A stretch of DNA of 64,000 nucleotides from the NCBI RefSeq assembly GCF_009914755.1, contig NC_060941.1; one strand, written 5' to 3'. The stretch's first letter is position 1. Each line of letters opens with the position of its first letter. The notes beneath the pieces were generated by a model. That model ran no database searches. It was not told the DNA's origin and saw only the letters and a list, made by a program, of their open reading frames with translations. The DNA comes from the human T2T-CHM13v2.0 reference genome, Homo sapiens. This document shows, piece by piece, positions 58,784 to 64,000 of this stretch. Position numbers and translations under genes: made by a program.

Positions 58784-58906
58784 CTGCAGTCTCACCTGAT
58801 CCCTGGCCTGAACCTGGCTGCTGTAGGTCTTTTCCCAGCTTCATCCAGCGCAGTCCCGCCGCCTCCCAGCAGCGTTACTGGGGCTGCTCCCTATAGCTCC
58901 TTTATG
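58784..58906 (+). CDS. IGF2BP1: IGF2BP1 exon 10 (KH2-KH3 linker, L360-M400, includes Y396)
   Basis: [17 protein letters not shown]...PYSSFM; cccag| acceptor and ATG|gtaggt donor; 123 nt. Confidence 0.97.
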
Positions 58907-59301
58907 GTAGGTGGAAGATCTTATTACACGGGATCCCTGGGCCCATATGTGGCCTCCCTTAAGGGGGACTCAGCATGCTCTGGGAGTTGGATGCTTGGCA
59001 AGTTTGCAGGGAGAGGGAAGGAAGGTCTCAGAGGCATCCCTCCTCTCCAGTGCTCCTAGCCACTGGCTCTGAGGCTCCCAAATGTCTGCCTAGAATGCTC
59101 CCGGGGCATAGACAGCACTGTTCCCTTACTCTCTCCTGGCCTCTTCCCTTTAGCCCTACTGGGCATAGGAAGAGCTAAAGAGCTCACAGCATCCCTTGGC
59201 AGCCCAGGGTGGCGGTTTGGTGCCTGTACTCCTTCCTCCTTGAGGATGCAAGGCAGGGGAGTGGAGGGTTTCTGGGCCATGCTACTTGGGCCCCCTGGTA
59301 A

Positions 59302-59691
<390 letters not shown>

Positions 59692-60346
59692 TAACACAAA
59701 CTGATGGGTTCAAATCCAAGATCCATCTCATCACCCCTTCCCCCAATACACTATATGATCTGAGCCTCACTTTCCTCGTCAGTACAATATTATGAGGCTA
59801 CGCAGCCAAAGCCCTTCGCTCACATACTAACACCAAGTAAGTGTTAGTTGTCTGTCACCTTCCCTGGCCAAGGTCCAGGGGAGAGAGAAGGGAGAATCTG
59901 TCATAGTGAAACAAGGATGCTGTTAGAGTTTCACAAACCTAAATCCGGTTGCTTTAGTTGTCTTAAAAGCTTTGAGCAAAAACCTTGATTGTTCTCCAGT
60001 GGAGGTGCAGTCACTGCCCTCTATCCGTTGGTCATTTCATTTGTGTCCTTGCCTGTTGGCAAGACTCCACTGAAACCTCTCTGGGAGATTGGTAGGTGGA
60101 GGGGGCAGGAGGCCCTACTTAGAAAGTGTCATTGAAGCCAATCCTTCTAACTGACCACCTCTGCCCTCCTAATAATTCTGGTGTGAAGGCGTAATGATGT
60201 GGGCTTCAGGGTCTTTGTTCTTCCTCCCCTAAGTCTTCAGAATGGGTAGTTGGGAGTAAGGGTGGTAGAAGGGGAACTGGATGAAGTGGACATGGTGGGG
60301 GTCTTCCCATAGAGGGTCCCTCATTGACTAGCTTTTTGCTTTTTAG

Positions 60347-60481
<135 letters not shown>

Positions 60482-61221
60482 TGAGGTAGGAAAAAGGCTG
60501 GGTCAGTTTCCCGTTAGCTGTCAAGTCCTCATCACATCTTTAAGCCTTCCATGCAGGATAAAGGGCTGCAGAGCTATTTTCAAATTGACATCAAACTGGA
60601 TTTCTGTTGACTTCGTCTTCCCTTTTTAAGGTCCACAGAAGAAGATGGGAAGGAAAGAAGTCTGAGGGCATCTTATTTGCACTCTGCTGTCATTTCTAAG
60701 GAAGGCCTTTAATGCCAAATTCTCATCTTTTATGTCCCCACTAAATCCTAAGGTTCTTGAACTTCTGATCAGACAGCCAAAAAATGAACCATCAACTAGC
60801 TTAACCTAACATATGTGAGGATAGAGGACTGGGACAGCTCTCTGGGCCACTGGAGAGTCAGACAGGCCTGCCCTCTGTGTGACTTGATTAGTTGCCATTC
60901 AGGGCCTTGAAATGCTGGTCAGTGCCACGTCCAGATTCCATAGGTCTGGTTTGTAGCTTGTGAATTAGATTCCTCTGGGAACTATTTTTTCCCTTGGGAA
61001 GTGTTTATTCAATTACTCATAACTCATAATCTCCACCCAGGGTCTCCAGTATGATAGCTAAGCAGAAGGAATGCTGACAAGCTGCCCACCTGAGCCTTGC
61101 CCTTCACCTGCCTTAGATGGTTAGCCCGCCTAGGATGGGGAGGGCCTGTGGGCCAGAAAATATGGGCTGGAGCTTCCTTTTTCCCACTTTTCTCTTTTGT
61201 CACAGATATATGAACCACTGA

Positions 61222-61488
<267 letters not shown>

Positions 61489-61582
61489 TGATTCTACTCC
61501 CCAAGCTCAGGTCCTGACTCTTCCAGGTTCTCCCCACTAGTCACCCTGGCTCCTCCCTCCAACCCCACCCATGCTTTCTTGA

Positions 61583-61750
<168 letters not shown>

Positions 61751-63070
61751 TGAGGGAGGGCTGCAGGAGCCCAGGGAGCAGAGAAGCAGAGACTCTATAG
61801 AGGTTGACCTTCATGACGTTGACAAGTCCTGGGGCCTCAGCCACATCTGCCTGCCTCTAGGCTAGGTTATTGCCCTCTTTCAGGTGCAGAAGTGGGATGT
61901 GTAGATGACATATTACCTCTTATTACTCTCTAGGAAAAGTGATTTGACAAGTTTAATGTACATATATTGTGTATAACATTATATATATAAATAACATATA
62001 TATGAATATATATTATATGTAAATATATATATATATGTTCTACGTTAGTCCCTCCCTAACCCCTTTCTGCACTGGTTAAGAAAGAAGATTAGTTTTGTTC
62101 ATGGAATAATGATAACAGTACTAACACCCTGGATTGATGGCATTTTTGAAATGTAGTCCCTCTGCCTTTCGCAGAATGGCTGTTCTCTCCCTGGTTTCTG
62201 CTCTTCCACCCTCCCATTCCTTTCCCAGAACTCATCATTGCCGTTCAGCACTCGGACAGGCTCCAGAGCATGGAAGGGAAGGCCAATATCAGGTTCAAAT
62301 TTTGCTGAACCTCAGCAAGGCAAGCAAACAGGTGGTTGGCAGCTAATGGTGTTTTCCTAAAGTCTTAAATCCATCATTGTTAGAACTGGAAAGGAACTTT
62401 GGAGACTGTTGATCACAGTTCCTACAATTCATAGAAGATATCCAGATCTTAGCAGGCTTGTGGTCTGCTGGGGCTGCTAGAGCAATTGGGGCAAACTGGC
62501 TCTTGGTTTTTTGGCTTCCAGTGCCCATATAGTATAGCATCAAGTATGAAGGTTTTGGATCCAGGGAGCTTTGACCTCAAACTTCACATACATAGCCTTT
62601 CTGCTATGTGACCTTGGATAAGTAACTTTCTCTGATAACCCTTTGAGAAGTATTAACAAGAGGCTTTAGTTACATCTCAACTATATATATATATAAAATA
62701 ACAAAAAAGTATTAATAAGAGCCATAATAATAATAATATCTAAGATTTATCGATGCCTTTGTATACCCAGCACTGTTTTATGTGGCTTATGTATATTAAC
62801 TCATTTAATTCCCACAACAATTTCATTTTATAAATGAAGCTTAAGAGGGTAAATGTGAATCTTTAATTCAGCGTTTTTTTTTTAAAGAGAGTAAAGGATA
62901 CCTCCAAAGATGCATAAAGCCAGGATATATTAATATTAAACACTGAAGCAATTTTAGCTGATCAGAATGAGAATTAAATGAAAAGCTATGTAAAACATCA
63001 AGCCAGGGTTGATGGAGTTGGACCTCTTATTGACTTACACATTATTTTCCCAACCTAGATCAACTTCCTC

Positions 63071-63915
<845 letters not shown>

Positions 63916-64000
63916 TAGACATATTATTCCTTTTCCTGGGGTATTAAAATGAAGCGTGGATTTGTGATGATGTCTTCTAAGTTACGACCCTCTACAACAG

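Overview
Human genomic DNA carrying the promoter and coding exons 1-14 of IGF2BP1 (IMP1/CRD-BP/ZBP1) on the + strand; the gene is known to lie on chr17q21. ATG is at 13091. The 14 exons join through GT-AG introns into 1641 nt (547 codons, 2 RRM + 4 KH domains); the last exon lies beyond the window. The locus is very Alu-dense, except for an Alu-free zone of about 16 kb around the promoter CpG island. The most unusual feature is a nested retro-fossil in intron 5. It is a sense-strand CMC1 processed pseudogene that seems to have captured an extra, L2-like exon, was later split by an AluSp, and has a polyadenylated U6 retrocopy and an orphan GC-rich segment just upstream. Other highlights: two candidate alternative first exons that would give N-truncated protein (donors at 12583 and 29383); an intron-2 CpG island with a 36-bp dispersed repeat, a 42-bp tandem duplication and CTCF-like motifs; a candidate TEAD/DR1 enhancer; antisense splice signals including a 23-nt microexon; and three in-frame tandem acceptors. 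No CRISPR, rRNA or tRNA was seen. Most ORF-track entries are Alu or GC-content artefacts. Repeat boundaries are approximate and family names are called by eye.
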